Assembly (NCBI GenBank): GCA_963727485.1
Contig: CAVSGM010000002.1
Location: 1,472,001-1,536,000, forward strand
Length of the DNA: 64,000 nucleotides
Reading direction: 5' to 3'
DNA from: an uncultured delta proteobacterium
GTDB lineage: Bacteria > Myxococcota > Myxococcia > SLRQ01
The notes under the pieces are model-generated. The model had not been told where the DNA came from. It did no database searches and saw nothing but the letters and a program-made list of their open reading frames with translations. A program made the position numbers and the translations under genes. This document shows, in pieces, positions 38,990-50,574 of the stretch. How positions within the stretch are numbered: position 1 is the first letter of the stretch; each line of letters starts with the position of its first letter.

Positions 38990-40219
38990 TCAGGCCGGGT
39001 CGATCACCGGGACCAGGTGGGCCCAGGCGGCCCGGAGCGCCGCCTCCACCCCGGCGGGCGCGGTGCCCCGGGCGAAGACGAAGCCCAGGTAGCGCCGGCC
39101 CTCGGGGAGGGGGACGACCTCTGCCCCGAGGGTGGCCGTGATCTCAATCCCCTCGATCCCCGGGACCTTTCGGGCCGCCGGGACGCCGTCGACCCGCCGG
39201 AGGATCCCCCGCCTCGGCACCGGGAGCATCAGCACCCCGGCGGCGCCCGCGACGAGCGCCGGGGCCTCGAGGGGCAGGCCCGCCGCCTGGCGCAGGACGA
39301 GCGCCTCCAGGGAGGTGCCGGCGCCGAAGCGCAGGGTCCGGGCGCAGAGCCCCCCGATGGTCCGGGCGGCGATCTCCAGGATCCACGGCCGGCCGGCGGC
39401 GTCGACCCGGAGCTCGGCGTGGATGGGGCCGGTCTCGAGGCCCAGCGCCCGGCACCCGGCGGCGACCGCCGCGTCCACCCGGGCCAGGACCGCCTCCGGC
39501 TGCCGGGAGGGGGTGACGAAGAGGGTCTCCTCGAAGGTGGGGCCGGCCATGGGGTCGGGCTTGTCGAAGCGGGCGAGGACCTCGAGGGCGCCATGGTCGA
39601 GGAGGCCCTCGACGGTGAGCTCGGCGCCGTCGACGTAGCCCTCGACCAGGAGGCGCGCGGCGACGCCGTCGCCTTCGAGGATCGCCGCCACCCGGGCGGC
39701 GGCGGCGCGGAGGGCGACCGGGTCGTCGGCCCGGAGGACCCCCCGGCTCGCCGAGCCGGCGACGGGCTTGATCACGCAGGGGAAGGGCAGGGGCCAGCGG
39801 TCGCCGGCGAGGGCCCCCTCGAGGGCGGCGGGACCGTCGAAGGCGGCAAACGGCGGCACCGGCACCGCGGCGTCGGCGAGGCGCCGGCGCTGGGCGGCCT
39901 TGTCCCGGGTCGCCCGGGCGGCGCCGAGGGGGTGGTGGGGGCGGCCGAGGGCGGCGGCGACCGCGGCCCCGGCGACCACCGCCTGCTCGTCCACGGCGAC
40001 CACCGCGTCGACCGGGACCGTCGCCGCGAAGCGCCGGGCGGCCCGGGCGGCGGCCTCGGGATCGTCGAAGGGCAGGCGCAGGTAGGCCCCGGGGGCCAGG
40101 TCGATGGCGCCGCCCGCCGAGGGGGTGGCCACCGTGACCTCGAGGCGAAGGGCCCGCGCGGCGGCGAGGAAGTCCGAGGCCCGGTAGGTCTCCGGGGAGA
40201 TCAGGAGGAGCACGCGCAT
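38990..40219 (-). CDS. ATP-grasp domain protein
   Basis: DK, VIKP...ASRGV, VEGYVDG, HAE, LEIAAR. Confidence 0.88.
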   Translation of the reverse strand: MRVLLLISPETYRASDFLAAARALRLEVTVATPSAGGAIDLAPGAYLRLPFDDPEAAARAARRFAATVPVDAVVAVDEQAVVAGAAVAAALGRPHHPLGAARATRDKAAQRRRLADAAVPVPPFAAFDGPAALEGALAGDRWPLPFPCVIKPVAGSASRGVLRADDPVALRAAAARVAAILEGDGVAARLLVEGYVDGAELTVEGLLDHGALEVLARFDKPDPMAGPTFEETLFVTPSRQPEAVLARVDAAVAAGCRALGLETGPIHAELRVDAAGRPWILEIAARTIGGLCARTLRFGAGTSLEALVLRQAAGLPLEAPALVAGAAGVLMLPVPRRGILRRVDGVPAARKVPGIEGIEITATLGAEVVPLPEGRRYLGFVFARGTAPAGVEAALRAAWAHLVPVIDPA

Positions 40220-40320
40220 GGCCCGGGGGGAGCATAGCCCCCATCGGCGCCGGGGGCGCGGCGACCGTAAGGGGGGCGGGGGGTGACCTCTAGACCCACC
40301 TCGGGGTATACCGCCCGACC

Positions 40321-41913
40321 ATGCGCGCGACCACTGCCGTCCTCCTCGCCGGGCTCCTCGCCGGGCCCCCCCTCGCCGCCCGGGCGGCGACCCCCCAGCC
40401 CGGCGCCAAGCCGGCCGCCAAGGTCGCGCCCAAGAAGAAGTTCGTGATCCACACGGTGGACACCGGCGCCACCCACCACACGGTGCTGGCCAACGTCCAC
40501 TACCGCCTCAAGAACGGGCTGAAGGTCGTCCTCCTCGAGGACAAGCAGCGCCCCCAGGTGCGGGTGAGCGTCTGGTACCACTCGGGCTCGTGCAACGAGC
40601 AGCCCGGCCTCCACGGGATGGCCCACCTCTTCGAGCACCTGATGTTCGAGGGCTCGATGCACATGGGCCAGAGCGTGCTGTCCCAGGACACCGGCGGCTT
40701 CTACCACGTGAGCTTCGGCGTGTTCACCTACCTCTCCTACGCCGGCGCCACGGGGATGAACGGCCAGACCACCTACGAGAACACGCGCTACTTCGAGACC
40801 GTGCCCCCGGAGAACCTCGAGATCGCCCTGTGGCTGGAGAGCGACCGGATGGGCTTCCTCGACGCCTTCAAGCAGAAGCGCCTCGACAAGCAGCGCAAGA
40901 TTGTCGACAACGAGCTGCGCCAGCGGATCCAGACGGTGCCCTACGGCCAGGCGGACGTGAAGCTGTGGCGGTCGCTCTTCCCCAAGAGCCACCCCTGCCA
41001 CGACACCCCGGCCGGCTCCATCTCCGACCTCGAGCACGTCACCATCAAGGACATGCGGGCCTACTACAACCCCGCCTACGCGCCCGGTGACGCGGTCCTG
41101 GTCCTCGCCGGCAACCTCCCCAAGAACACCCGGGCGCTGGTGGCGAAGTACTTCGGGACCCTCCCGGCCCGCAAGCCGATGCCCCGCATCGACTACCCGA
41201 AGGTGCACCTCGACCACCCGGTGTCCCTCACGGTGAAGGACAAGCTGGCCCGGGTGCCCGAGGTGGTCCTGGCCTGGCACTCGCCGAAGGTCCTCTCCCA
41301 GGGCGCGGCGGTGGCCGACCTGGTGTCCCTCCTGCTCACCGGCAGCCCCCAGGCGCGGCTCACCCGGGCCCTCAAGGACCAGCACCTCGTCCTCGACGTC
41401 GGCGCCGGCACCGAGGACTACGGCTTCGGCGGCATCTTCGAGATCAACGCCCGCCCCCGGCCGGGGGTGAAGCCCGCGGCCATCGTCGCCGCCATCGACC
41501 AGGCGCTCGCCAAGCTGAAGACCCCGGTCTCGAAGGACGAGCTGGCCCGGGCCCGGATGCGCCTGGAGACCGAGCGCCTCACCGACCTCCAGGGCCTCTC
41601 CTCCAGGGCCCACCTGCTCCAGCTCTACGCCCAGTACACCGACAACCCCGACGGGTTCTACGCCGACCTCTCCCGCTACGAGAAGGTCACCCCCGCGGAC
41701 ATCGCCGCCTACGTGACCCAGCACCTCGACCCGCAGCACCGGGTGAAGATGATCGTCACCCCCACCCATCCCCTCAAGGTCCCGGCGACGGCCTCGGCTC
41801 CCAAGCCGGCCGCGCCGGCGCCGGCCACCGCCAAGGCCGCCGCCCCCAAGCAGGCCGCCGCCCCGGCGGCCGCCACCCCGGCGGCCGCCACCGCCGAGAA
41901 GGAGGCCCGGTGA
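40321..41913 (+). CDS. M16 (pitrilysin) family zinc peptidase, catalytic subunit
   Basis: Signal peptide, HLFEH (HxxEH), LESDRM, NE. Confidence 0.92.
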   Translation: MRATTAVLLAGLLAGPPLAARAATPQPGAKPAAKVAPKKKFVIHTVDTGATHHTVLANVHYRLKNGLKVVLLEDKQRPQVRVSVWYHSGSCNEQPGLHGMAHLFEHLMFEGSMHMGQSVLSQDTGGFYHVSFGVFTYLSYAGATGMNGQTTYENTRYFETVPPENLEIALWLESDRMGFLDAFKQKRLDKQRKIVDNELRQRIQTVPYGQADVKLWRSLFPKSHPCHDTPAGSISDLEHVTIKDMRAYYNPAYAPGDAVLVLAGNLPKNTRALVAKYFGTLPARKPMPRIDYPKVHLDHPVSLTVKDKLARVPEVVLAWHSPKVLSQGAAVADLVSLLLTGSPQARLTRALKDQHLVLDVGAGTEDYGFGGIFEINARPRPGVKPAAIVAAIDQALAKLKTPVSKDELARARMRLETERLTDLQGLSSRAHLLQLYAQYTDNPDGFYADLSRYEKVTPADIAAYVTQHLDPQHRVKMIVTPTHPLKVPATASAPKPAAPAPATAKAAAPKQAAAPAAATPAAATAEKEAR

Positions 41914-43441
41914 TGCGCCGCCTCGTCCCCGTCCTCGCCCTCGTCTCCCTCGCCGCCTGCGTGCCCCAGGCCTGGCGCGGCTTCGCCCCCAAGATGCGCC
42001 TGGGGACCAACGTCGCCGCCCCGACCTTCAAGCAGGTCAGCCTCCCCAACGGCCTCACCCTCCTGGTCCACGAGGATGGCCGGGCCCCGGTGACCACGGT
42101 CCTGGTGGCCCTGCGCGCCGGCGGCTCCACCGATCCGGCGGGCAAGGCCGGCCTCGCCACCCTCACCGAGCAGCTCGCCGGCCACGGCGCCGGCACCCGG
42201 GACGAGCAGGCCCTCCAGACCAGCTTCGACCGCCTCGGCAGCCCCCTGGGGAACCTGGTGAGCGCCGACCAGTCGGTCTACGGCGTCACGGTGATGCCCT
42301 TCGACACCGGCCCGGCCCTGGCGCTGCTCTCCGACGTGGTCCAGCGGCCGCGCTTCGAATCCTTCGGTGTTCGCCCAGGTGAAGTCCCAGGCCATCGCCG
42401 ACGCCGAGATCCCGGTCACCGACCCCCAGGCCCTGGGCATCCAGGCCCTGCGCCGGACCATCTTCGGCGCCACGAGCCCCTACGCCCGCAAGCTCGACGG
42501 CACCCCCAAGAGCCTCGAAGGCCATCACCCTCGACGACGTGAAGGCCTGGCACCACAAGTGGGTCGGGCCCAACACCACCGCGGTGATCGTCACCGGGCG
42601 GGTGAACTTCCGGCAGGTCATCGGCTGGGTGAACCAGACCTTCGGCAAGTGGCAGGGCAAGGCCGCCGAGCCCCCGGCCCCCGAGGCCCCGTCGGTCGAG
42701 AAGCGCACCACCATCGAGGTGGTCCCCGAGCCGGGCCTCTCCCAGACGGTGATGGTCCTCGGCCGGGTGGGGGTGCCCATCGAGAGCTCCGAGCGCTTCC
42801 CCCTGGCCATCGCCACCGGCTTCGTCGGCGGGCGGATGAACATCCAGCTCCGGGAGGAGCAGCACGTCTCCTACGGCGCCGGCGCCGGGAGCGCCGCCTA
42901 CCAGGGCACCGGGATGCTCGTCGCCGCCTCCAAGGTGAAGGCCAGCGCCACCGGCGAGGCCCTCCGCACCAGCCTCGGCGCCCTCGAGCACACCCACTCG
43001 GGGATCATCAGCGACCGGATGGTCGCCCCGGCGCGCCTCGGGGAGATCGAGGGCCAGGTCGCCGGCACCGACTCCACCATCGGCCTCGCCTACGCCGCCG
43101 CCAACATCTTCTGGCGCCACCGGCCGCTCAACGCCCTGGTCACCGACATGCGCCGCCTCGAGCACCTCAAGAGCGGCCCGGTGCAGCAGGCCGCCAGCAA
43201 GTACCTCGCCCCGGACACCTGGCAGATCGTGCTGGTCGGCGACCCCAAGGTCATCCGGAAGCAGGTCTCGGGGCTGGGGCTCGGCAAGCTGGTGATGGTG
43301 GCCCCGCCCAAGGCCGAGAAGGAGGCCCCGGCGAAGCCCGCGGCCCCGGCGCCGAAGAAGGCCGAGGCCACCGCCGGCGCCAGCAAGGCCGGGCCCGACG
43401 CGAGCAAGGCCACCCCGGCCACCGGCAAGGCCGGCGGCTGA
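41913..43441 (+). CDS. M16 family non-catalytic lipoprotein subunit, two +1 frameshifts (about 42359 and 42519)
   Basis: Lipobox LAAC, LPNGL, no HxxEH, R/Y pair (LREEQHVSY); three ORF pieces join after single-base deletions at GAATC and CTCGAAG. Confidence 0.85.
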
Positions 43442-43564
43442 TCCCGGCGCGGTCCGCTCCCCCGAACCGCGCCCACGGACCCAGGTTTCGCCGGGACCCT
43501 GATTTGGATCAGGGCACCGCACGGCCGCTTCGCCTCTAATCCCCCGGGTGGGGATCCCCTTCGG

Positions 43565-44374
43565 ATGACCGGTGACGCCCGGGCCGCCCGGCGGCGGACG
43601 CGGCTCGCCCTCCGGGCGACCTGGCAGCCGCTCCTCCAACGGTTCCGGGTCCACGAGGGGCTGCTCCTGGCGGCGCTGGCCTCCCTGGTGGTGGTCGCCC
43701 GCCCGGCGCCGGGGCGCGGCCTCGCCGAGCTGGTCCTCGGGGTCTGGCTCCTGGCCCTCCTCTACGCCTACAACGACGTCCACGACGCCCCCCGGGACAC
43801 CGGCAATCCCAAGAAGGACCCGGCCCTGGTGGCGCACCTCTACGCCGACCGGGCCTGGCTTCGGGGCTGGATCCTGGCCCAGACTGGGGCGGTGGCCCTC
43901 CTCGCCGGGACTCTCCTCGGGACCGGGGCCCTCGTGGCCACCGCCGCCGTCGCCGGCCTCAACGTCGCCTACTCCCATCGCCTCAAGGGCGTCCCGGTCC
44001 TCGACGTCCTCACCGTGGGCCTCTGGGGCGCGGCCTACGTGACCCTGGTCCAGCCGCCGGTGGCCCTCTGCGTGCTCATCGGCGCCATGACCGCCATCAG
44101 CCACGTGTTCCAGACCCTCCGGGACCGGCGGGCCGACGCCGACGGAGGCGTGCACACAGTGGGGCAGCTCACGGAGGGCGGGGTGGCGATGGTGCTCCTC
44201 GGCGCGTCGGCGGTGCTCTTCGCGGTCCTCCTCCCGCTGGGCTGGCCCCTGGCGGCGAGCGCCGCCTTCCCCCTGGTCGCCTGGTGGGCCATCCGGCGAC
44301 CGGTGCCCGCCTGGCTCGTGGTGAAGGCCTACTTCGCCGCCGTGTGGGTGGTGGCCCTGGTGGTCCACCCGTGA
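43565..44374 (+). CDS. UbiA family prenyltransferase
   Basis: YAYNDVHDAPRD, YS-x-x-LK, RDRRAD...G, multiple TM helices. Confidence 0.82.
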   Translation: MTGDARAARRRTRLALRATWQPLLQRFRVHEGLLLAALASLVVVARPAPGRGLAELVLGVWLLALLYAYNDVHDAPRDTGNPKKDPALVAHLYADRAWLRGWILAQTGAVALLAGTLLGTGALVATAAVAGLNVAYSHRLKGVPVLDVLTVGLWGAAYVTLVQPPVALCVLIGAMTAISHVFQTLRDRRADADGGVHTVGQLTEGGVAMVLLGASAVLFAVLLPLGWPLAASAAFPLVAWWAIRRPVPAWLVVKAYFAAVWVVALVVHP

Positions 44375-45378
44375 ACCTCCCCGACCGGGTCCGCCTCGCC
44401 TCGGCGTTCGGCCGCAGCCTGGTCGCCCACCGGCTGCACCTGCGCCCCCGGCCCTTCTCCGCCTCGGTGGCCGTCACCAACCGCTGCAACCTCCACTGCC
44501 GCTACTGCGACTTCCCCCGCCTCGACCGGCGACAGCTCGACACCGCCGACCTCACCACCGTCTTCGGCCGCCTCGCCCGGCTGGGGGTGCGGCGCCTGGG
44601 GCTGGTCGGCGGCGAGCCCCTGCTCCGGGCCGACCTCCCGGACCTCATCGCCGCCGCCCGGGACCTGGGCCTGTTCGTGAGCGTCAACACCAACCTCACC
44701 CTCCACGCGCGCCACCCCGAGCGCCTCCGGGGCGCCCAGCTGGTGTTCACCAGCCTCGACGGGGGCCCGGACGCCCACCGGGCCAACCGCGGTGACGAGG
44801 GGCCCGAGCCGGTCCTCGCCGCCATCCGCCGCCTCCGGGCCCGGGGGGTGCCGGTGATCGCCATCTTCGTGGTCACCGCCCACAACCTCGACGACGCCGG
44901 GGCCGTGCTCGACCTCGCCGCCGCCGAGGGCTTCCGGGTCCACTTCCAGCCCCGGTGCGAGGGGGCCCCGGTGGTGCGCGCCGACCCGGGCCTCGACGCG
45001 GACTCGGCGGCGCTCCGGGCGCTGTTCCGCGACCTCGCCGTCGCCCGGGCCCGGGGGGCGCCGGTGGCGAGCTCCGCCGGGTACCTCGCGTCCCTCGCCC
45101 GCTGGGAGGACTTCCGGGTGAGCGCCGTGGACGACCCCACCACCCGCTGCGCCGCCGGCACCGGCTTCCTCTTCGTGGATCCCCAGGGGCGGGCCTGGCC
45201 CTGCGCCTTCACCCAGGGCGTGGCCGAGCCCGTGGACCTCCTCCGCCAGGACTGGGCCCGGGCCTTCTCCGGTGACACCCCGTGCACCCGGTGCGCCGTG
45301 GGCCCCTACGTCGAGTTCAACGCCCTCTTCCGGCACCCGGCGGCCACCTCCCTGGCCCTCGCCCGCAGCTATGGCTAG
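44371..45378 (+). CDS. Radical SAM protein with a SPASM/twitch-like C-terminus
   Basis: CNLHCRYC, GGEPLLR, SLDG, CAAG...VDPQG...PC...CTRC. Confidence 0.9.
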   Translation: MNLPDRVRLASAFGRSLVAHRLHLRPRPFSASVAVTNRCNLHCRYCDFPRLDRRQLDTADLTTVFGRLARLGVRRLGLVGGEPLLRADLPDLIAAARDLGLFVSVNTNLTLHARHPERLRGAQLVFTSLDGGPDAHRANRGDEGPEPVLAAIRRLRARGVPVIAIFVVTAHNLDDAGAVLDLAAAEGFRVHFQPRCEGAPVVRADPGLDADSAALRALFRDLAVARARGAPVASSAGYLASLARWEDFRVSAVDDPTTRCAAGTGFLFVDPQGRAWPCAFTQGVAEPVDLLRQDWARAFSGDTPCTRCAVGPYVEFNALFRHPAATSLALARSYG

Positions 45379-47149
45379 CCGTCGGCGGTGGCCGGGTGCC
45401 GGGGAGATCGCGGTGGGGCTGGTGGCCGCCTCGGTGGTCGCCCTCGCCCTCGTGGTGTTCACCCGGGAGGCCGCCCGGCTCTCCCCGGCCCTGGCGAAGA
45501 TCCTGGTGCAGCAGCTCCAGGTGGCCCTGGGGGACGGGCACCTCTTCGCGCACCCCGGCGACCCCCTGCCCCTGCCCCGGGCCCTGCAGATGCTGTGGCT
45601 GGGTCCGGCGACCACCGCCGAGGCCCTCTTCACCCTGGCCCTCCGCCGCCTCACCGGGACGGTGGCGGCCCTCACCGCCCAGCGCGCCTTCCAGGTGGCG
45701 CTCTTCGAGACCGGGGCCCCGCTCCTCCTCGTCGCCGCCCGGCGCCGGGGGCTGCCCCGGGGCGAGGCCATGGCCCTGGCCCTGCTCTACGCCCTCCAGC
45801 CGGTGGTGCTCACCAAGCTCGCCTGGGACACGGTCCTCCCGGCGGCGCCGCTGGTGATCCTCGCCTACCTCGGGTGGCTGCAGCGGCGCTTCGGCCACTT
45901 CGCCGCCGGGCTCCTCCTCGCCGCCGCCACCCACCCCTTCGCCTTCGCCGGCGCCGCCCTGCTCACCGTTTGGCTGGGCCGGGGCGAGACCGATCCCCGG
46001 GCCCGCCGCGCCCTGGGGCGCACCCGCGTCGCCCTCCTCGCCCTGGGCACGGTCACCGTCTCGGGGGTGGTGCTCCCCGGCCTCCTCTGGCCCCACGGCC
46101 CGACCCTCGCCGGGGCCCTGACCCACGGCCGGACCCTCGTGGGCCTGGTCCGGGAGCCAGCGGGGCGCCTCCTGGGGATCCTCGGCACCAACGCCGCGGC
46201 CATCGGTCTGCTGGTCCTCGCCGCCGGCGGCGGGCTCCTGCGCCGGCCGGGGATGATCTGGGTGGTCGCCCTCGACCTCGGCTACGCCCTCTTCTCCTAC
46301 CAGGGACTCGACCACGGTCTGGTCGGCGCCACCTTCGGGCTGCTGGTGGTCCTGTGCGTCGAGGCCGCCGCCACCCGCCCGGGGCCCGGCGTCCGGTGGC
46401 TCCTCGGGGCCGGGGCGCTGGCGGTGGCGGTGGGCTGGGGCGTCGCCGGGCCCCGGAGCCTCCTCGCCCAGCTGGGCGATCCCGCGCCGCCCCCGGCGCT
46501 CGCCGAGCTCACCGCGGCGCCCCTGCCGGCGCTCGCCGGGCCCTGCGCCGTGGAGGCGACCCTGGTGCCCTACGTCCTCGATCGCTGCCCCGGCGCCCGG
46601 GCCTACGGGGACGGGGCTCAAGGCGATCGGCAAGCCCGGCCCCCGCCGGCGTTCGTCGTGCTGTCGCCGGCGCGCCTCACCGCCCCGGCGGCGGCCTGGC
46701 CCCGGGGGTACCAGGAGCTGCGCCGCCTGGACCGGGACCGCCGGGCGCTGGGGCGGATCCGCGCGGCGATCGCCGCCGGCCACCTGGGGCTGGTCCGGGT
46801 GGCCGGACCCCTGGTGGTCCTGGGCCGGGACCGGGGGCGGCCGGTGCCCCCCTGGATCCCCGCGGCCCTCGACCGGGTCCTCCAGACGGCGCCGGCAGAT
46901 CGGGCCGCCGGCCCACCTCCCGGGCGCGGGCCCGAGGTCACTCGCCGAACACCCGCTCCAGGCGCACCGCCGCGGGCAGGGTCCGCACCGCCTCCATCAG
47001 GGGCCCCCGCGCCCGGCGCCAGAACGCCGCCAGGGGCTCCCCGGGCTCGGTGTCCAGACGCCGTACCGCCGAGGCCAGCTGCCGCAGGGCCGGGGCCAGC
47101 TCCGGCACCGAGATCGGGTCGTTGTCGTAGCGCGGCGCCAGGCAGTTGA
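45371..47149 (+). CDS. Polytopic membrane protein (3' end uncertain)
   Basis: About ten hydrophobic segments; overlaps the rSAM stop; tail overlaps the convergent halogenase by about 210 nt. Confidence 0.55.
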   Translation: MASRRRWPGAGEIAVGLVAASVVALALVVFTREAARLSPALAKILVQQLQVALGDGHLFAHPGDPLPLPRALQMLWLGPATTAEALFTLALRRLTGTVAALTAQRAFQVALFETGAPLLLVAARRRGLPRGEAMALALLYALQPVVLTKLAWDTVLPAAPLVILAYLGWLQRRFGHFAAGLLLAAATHPFAFAGAALLTVWLGRGETDPRARRALGRTRVALLALGTVTVSGVVLPGLLWPHGPTLAGALTHGRTLVGLVREPAGRLLGILGTNAAAIGLLVLAAGGGLLRRPGMIWVVALDLGYALFSYQGLDHGLVGATFGLLVVLCVEAAATRPGPGVRWLLGAGALAVAVGWGVAGPRSLLAQLGDPAPPPALAELTAAPLPALAGPCAVEATLVPYVLDRCPGARAYGDGAQGDRQARPPPAFVVLSPARLTAPAAAWPRGYQELRRLDRDRRALGRIRAAIAAGHLGLVRVAGPLVVLGRDRGRPVPPWIPAALDRVLQTAPADRAAGPPPGRGPEVTRRTPAPGAPPRAGSAPPPSGAPAPGARTPPGAPRARCPDAVPPRPAAAGPGPAPAPRSGRCRSAAPGS

Positions 47150-48561
47150 GCTGCCAGTTCTCGGTCTGGAAGAGGCTGGGGGCGGCCGGGTCCCTCGGCT
47201 CCACCAGGAAGAAGAGGCTCGGGGGCCTCGGCCCGTCCTGGTGGCGCAGGTGGAGACAGAGGAAGCCCAGCTCGTCGGGGTCGGCGTCGTCGAGGGCCGG
47301 CCGATCGTCGCCGGTGGCCCGGGCCGCCCGGCTCCGGTGGTCGGCGGTGCGCCGCTCGTCGAGGGCGAGGTTGCGGACCAGGCCGCTGGTGAGCACCAGG
47401 AACGCCTTCTGGGGATCGAGGCGCGGGGCCGTCTCCACCAGGATCTCCTTGGACTCCCAGAAGTAGTCCTCCTTGGCGAGGTTCTGCTGGTAGAAGAACC
47501 GCACGATCCGGGTGAGGTCGTCGAAGAGCGCGCGGTGGGCGGTCTCGTACTCGGCCACCAGCGCCGCCTCCTCGGCCCCCTCGCGCACCAGCCGCACCGC
47601 CGCCCCGGCCACGTGCCAGCCGGCGTGCATCGCCAGGAACACCCCCTGGGAGAGGACCGGGTCGAGGAAGCCCGCCGCGTCACCGGCGAGGAAGTACCCG
47701 GGGCCGGCCACCTGGCGCATCCGGTAGCTCCAGTCCCGCTCGTGGCGGACCTCGGTGACCCGCTCGGCGCCGGGCCCCAGCACCGCCCGGATCTCCTCGC
47801 ACCCCGCCACCGCCGCCTCGAAGCGCCGGGTGCGCTCGGCCTTGTCGGCCTTGTCGTCCTCGTCGAGGCGGACCACGCCCACCGAGGCCGTCTCCGGGCC
47901 CAGGGGGAAGTGCCACAGCCAGTGGCTGCGATCGGCGGCGAAGAGGGCCTGGCGCGCCCGGGGATGGGGCTGGCGGCCGCGGCTGCGGTAGTGGGCCCAG
48001 GCGGCCTGGTGCTCGAGGCCGGGGATGGGCTCGCGGAGCTTCAGGTCCCGGGCCACCACCGCGGCCTGGCCGGTGGCGTCGAGGGTGACCCGCGCCGCCA
48101 CGGTGGTTTCGCCCCCGCCGGCGGGGTCGGCGATCCGGGCGCCCTGGAGGCGGGGGCCGTCCCAGAGCAGGCGGGTGGCCACCGCCCGCTCCCGGACCTC
48201 GGCGCCGGCCCGGCGGGCGGCCTCGAAGAGGATGGCGTCGAACCGCGACCGCTCCACGAACCAGGCGTGGTCGTAGGCCTCGGTCTCCTCGAACCACAGG
48301 TCCCACCGGGGGGTGCGCCCCCAGCGCAGGTGGGTGGAGCCCGACTTGCGCTCGAAGGCGGCCTCCACCTCGGCCAACACCCCCAGCTCGTCGAGGATCG
48401 GCACCACCCCGGGCAGGAGGCTCTCGCCCACGTGGGTGCGGGGGTGCCGCCGGGCCTCGACCAGCACCACCCGGAGGCCGGCGCGGGCGGCGAGGGTGGC
48501 GGCGGTGGACCCGGCGGGACCGCCGCCGAGGACCAGGAGAATCGACCGGGGCCCCGCTCAT
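46938..48561 (-). CDS. Flavin-dependent halogenase 1 with a C-terminal accessory domain, +1 frameshift near 48541
   Basis: Corrected N-terminus MSGAPVDLLVLGGGPAGS, HVGESLLP, candidate catalytic Lys (FERKSG), WLWHFP, GDAAGFLDPVLSQG. Confidence 0.85.
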
Positions 48562-50458
48562 CGCCGGGGGGCCCCGGCCGCGAGGAGGGCGGCCAGCGGC
48601 CCGGCCACCGAGGCGAGCAACCGGTCGAGGCGTCCCAGGTCCTCACCGTCGAGATGCTGGCCCTCGTAGGCCGCGGACATCCCCTCCACCTCCTGGTAGC
48701 AGGGGCGGCCGCCGCCGTCCCCGCGCCAGAGGACCACTGCCAAGCGTCCCTGGGGGGCCACCAGCTCGAGGCGGACCTCGGCGTCGTCCACCCGGCCGGC
48801 GGCGGCGAGGACCCAGGCCCCGCCGGTGGCCGTCTCGGTGGCCTCGGAGAGGCGATCCAGGGCGGGGGTGGAAAGCGGCGTCGAGGCCGGGGCCCCGGAG
48901 GTCGCGCCTCCCGGCGCCCCGGCGTCGTGGGCCGCGTCGGGGGCGGGGGCCTCGGGCGTGGGGGGCGGCGCCGGCCAGGGGCCCTGGACCCGGACCCGGG
49001 CCACGGCGTCGCCCGCGGGCACCACCGCCGGCGGCAGGGTCGCCACGGGCCCCCGGTACCGGGCGTAGAGCCGGCCCCATCCCTCGGGCCGGCGCACGGG
49101 GTGGGTGAAGAGCATCAGCTCAGTGTCCAGGTCCACCGAGAGCCGCGCCGGGGCCAGGTTCCACAGGCGCTTGCGCCCCAGGAAGAACACGTCCGGCCAC
49201 CCGGCGTCGAAGTCGAGGACCGAGAGGAGATCCCGGGCCCAGACCTCGAGTCCGCAGGCGAACGCCGTACGGGGATTGGGGGCGGGGGCCTCGGTGAAGG
49301 CGGCCCGGGTTGGGTCGTAGGCGAGGACCCGCGGCGGCAGGGAGGCGTGGTGGAGCACCAGGGCCGCCTGGGGGCGCACCCCCGGCGCCAGAATCCCGCC
49401 CGGCCTGGAGGGCGTGGAGCCCCTTGAAGGTGGTGCGGTTGAACAGGTCCCCGGCCCAGGCCTGGCACCCGGTCTCGAGGCGCGCCCACTCGTCCGCGGT
49501 GAGGGCCGCGTCGCCCGAGAGCGGCCGCGTCCCCATGGGGTTCGCCGGGCGCGGCGCCGGGGCGGCCGGCGACGCCGGCTCGGCGCGGAGGAACGGGGCC
49601 TGGTCCCGCACCGCCACCACCTCGCCCCCGGCCATCACCACCGTCAGCCCCGGGGCCGTCGCCCGCACCGGCTGGCGGAGCCGGGTCCCGACCCGGGTGG
49701 CCACCCGGCCGGGGTCGGCGACGAAGACCGCCTCGCCCAGGGGCCCGAGCGGGCCGGTGGGCCGCAGCCCCTCGCCATTGACCAGGAACTGCGCAGGCCG
49801 GCGCCCGGGGAAGGCCGCAAGGTACTCAGCGACCACCTGCTCGGCCACCGCCCCGTCGGGGTCCTCGTCCCGGGGCAGCCAGGGCCGGAACACCCCCTGG
49901 TCGAGGTCGGGCATCGGCCTCACCCAGACCCCGGGCACGGCAATCTCCCCCAGGACCTCGGCGGCCCAGGCCGGCGGCTGGTGGAGATCCACGGAGGTGA
50001 AGAAGCTGCCGTCGCCCCCGTGGGGCTCGACCACCAGCGGCGCGGTCGCCAGCTCGTTGCCCCCGGTGGGGAGCACCTCGACCGCGGGCGCCAGGGGCCG
50101 GAATCCGCGAATCGCCGAGGTGGCGATCCTCCCCTGGGCGCAGGGCCACCACCTGGAAGCCCAGCTCGGCAACCGCGGCCCGGGCCGCCGCGGAGCTGTG
50201 CGCCGGGAGGTGGATGGGCACCCGACGGTCGAGGAGGGCGAGGCTCGGCAGGTCGAGGTGATCCGGGTGCTCGTGGGAGATCACCACGCCGTCCACCGGC
50301 GGCATCGACGCCAGGTCCAGGTCCCGTCCGGGGTGGAGCGCCATCCGGGTCAGGGGCAGGTGGGCGAGGCCCGGTCGGAGCAGCGGATCGACGAGGAGCC
50401 GGGTGTCGCCGCTGTCGATGAGCCAGCCCTGGTGGCCCAGGGCGGTGACCGTAAACAC
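48558..50458 (-). CDS. Metallo-beta-lactamase-fold protein with a C-terminal accessory domain, two +1 frameshifts (about 50103 and 49393)
   Basis: LGHQG, LLVDP, SHEHPDHLD (HxHxDH); three ORF pieces join by GATTC to GATC corrections. Confidence 0.78.
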
Positions 50459-50574
50459 CGGCGCATCGTACCAGAGGCCCGGCGCCGGAAACAGGCGCGG
50501 CCGCCCAGTGGGGGCACGGACCCGCCCCGGGCGGGCCCTGGTCTGGCGGCGGCCCCCTCGGCTAGAGTCGGCGC

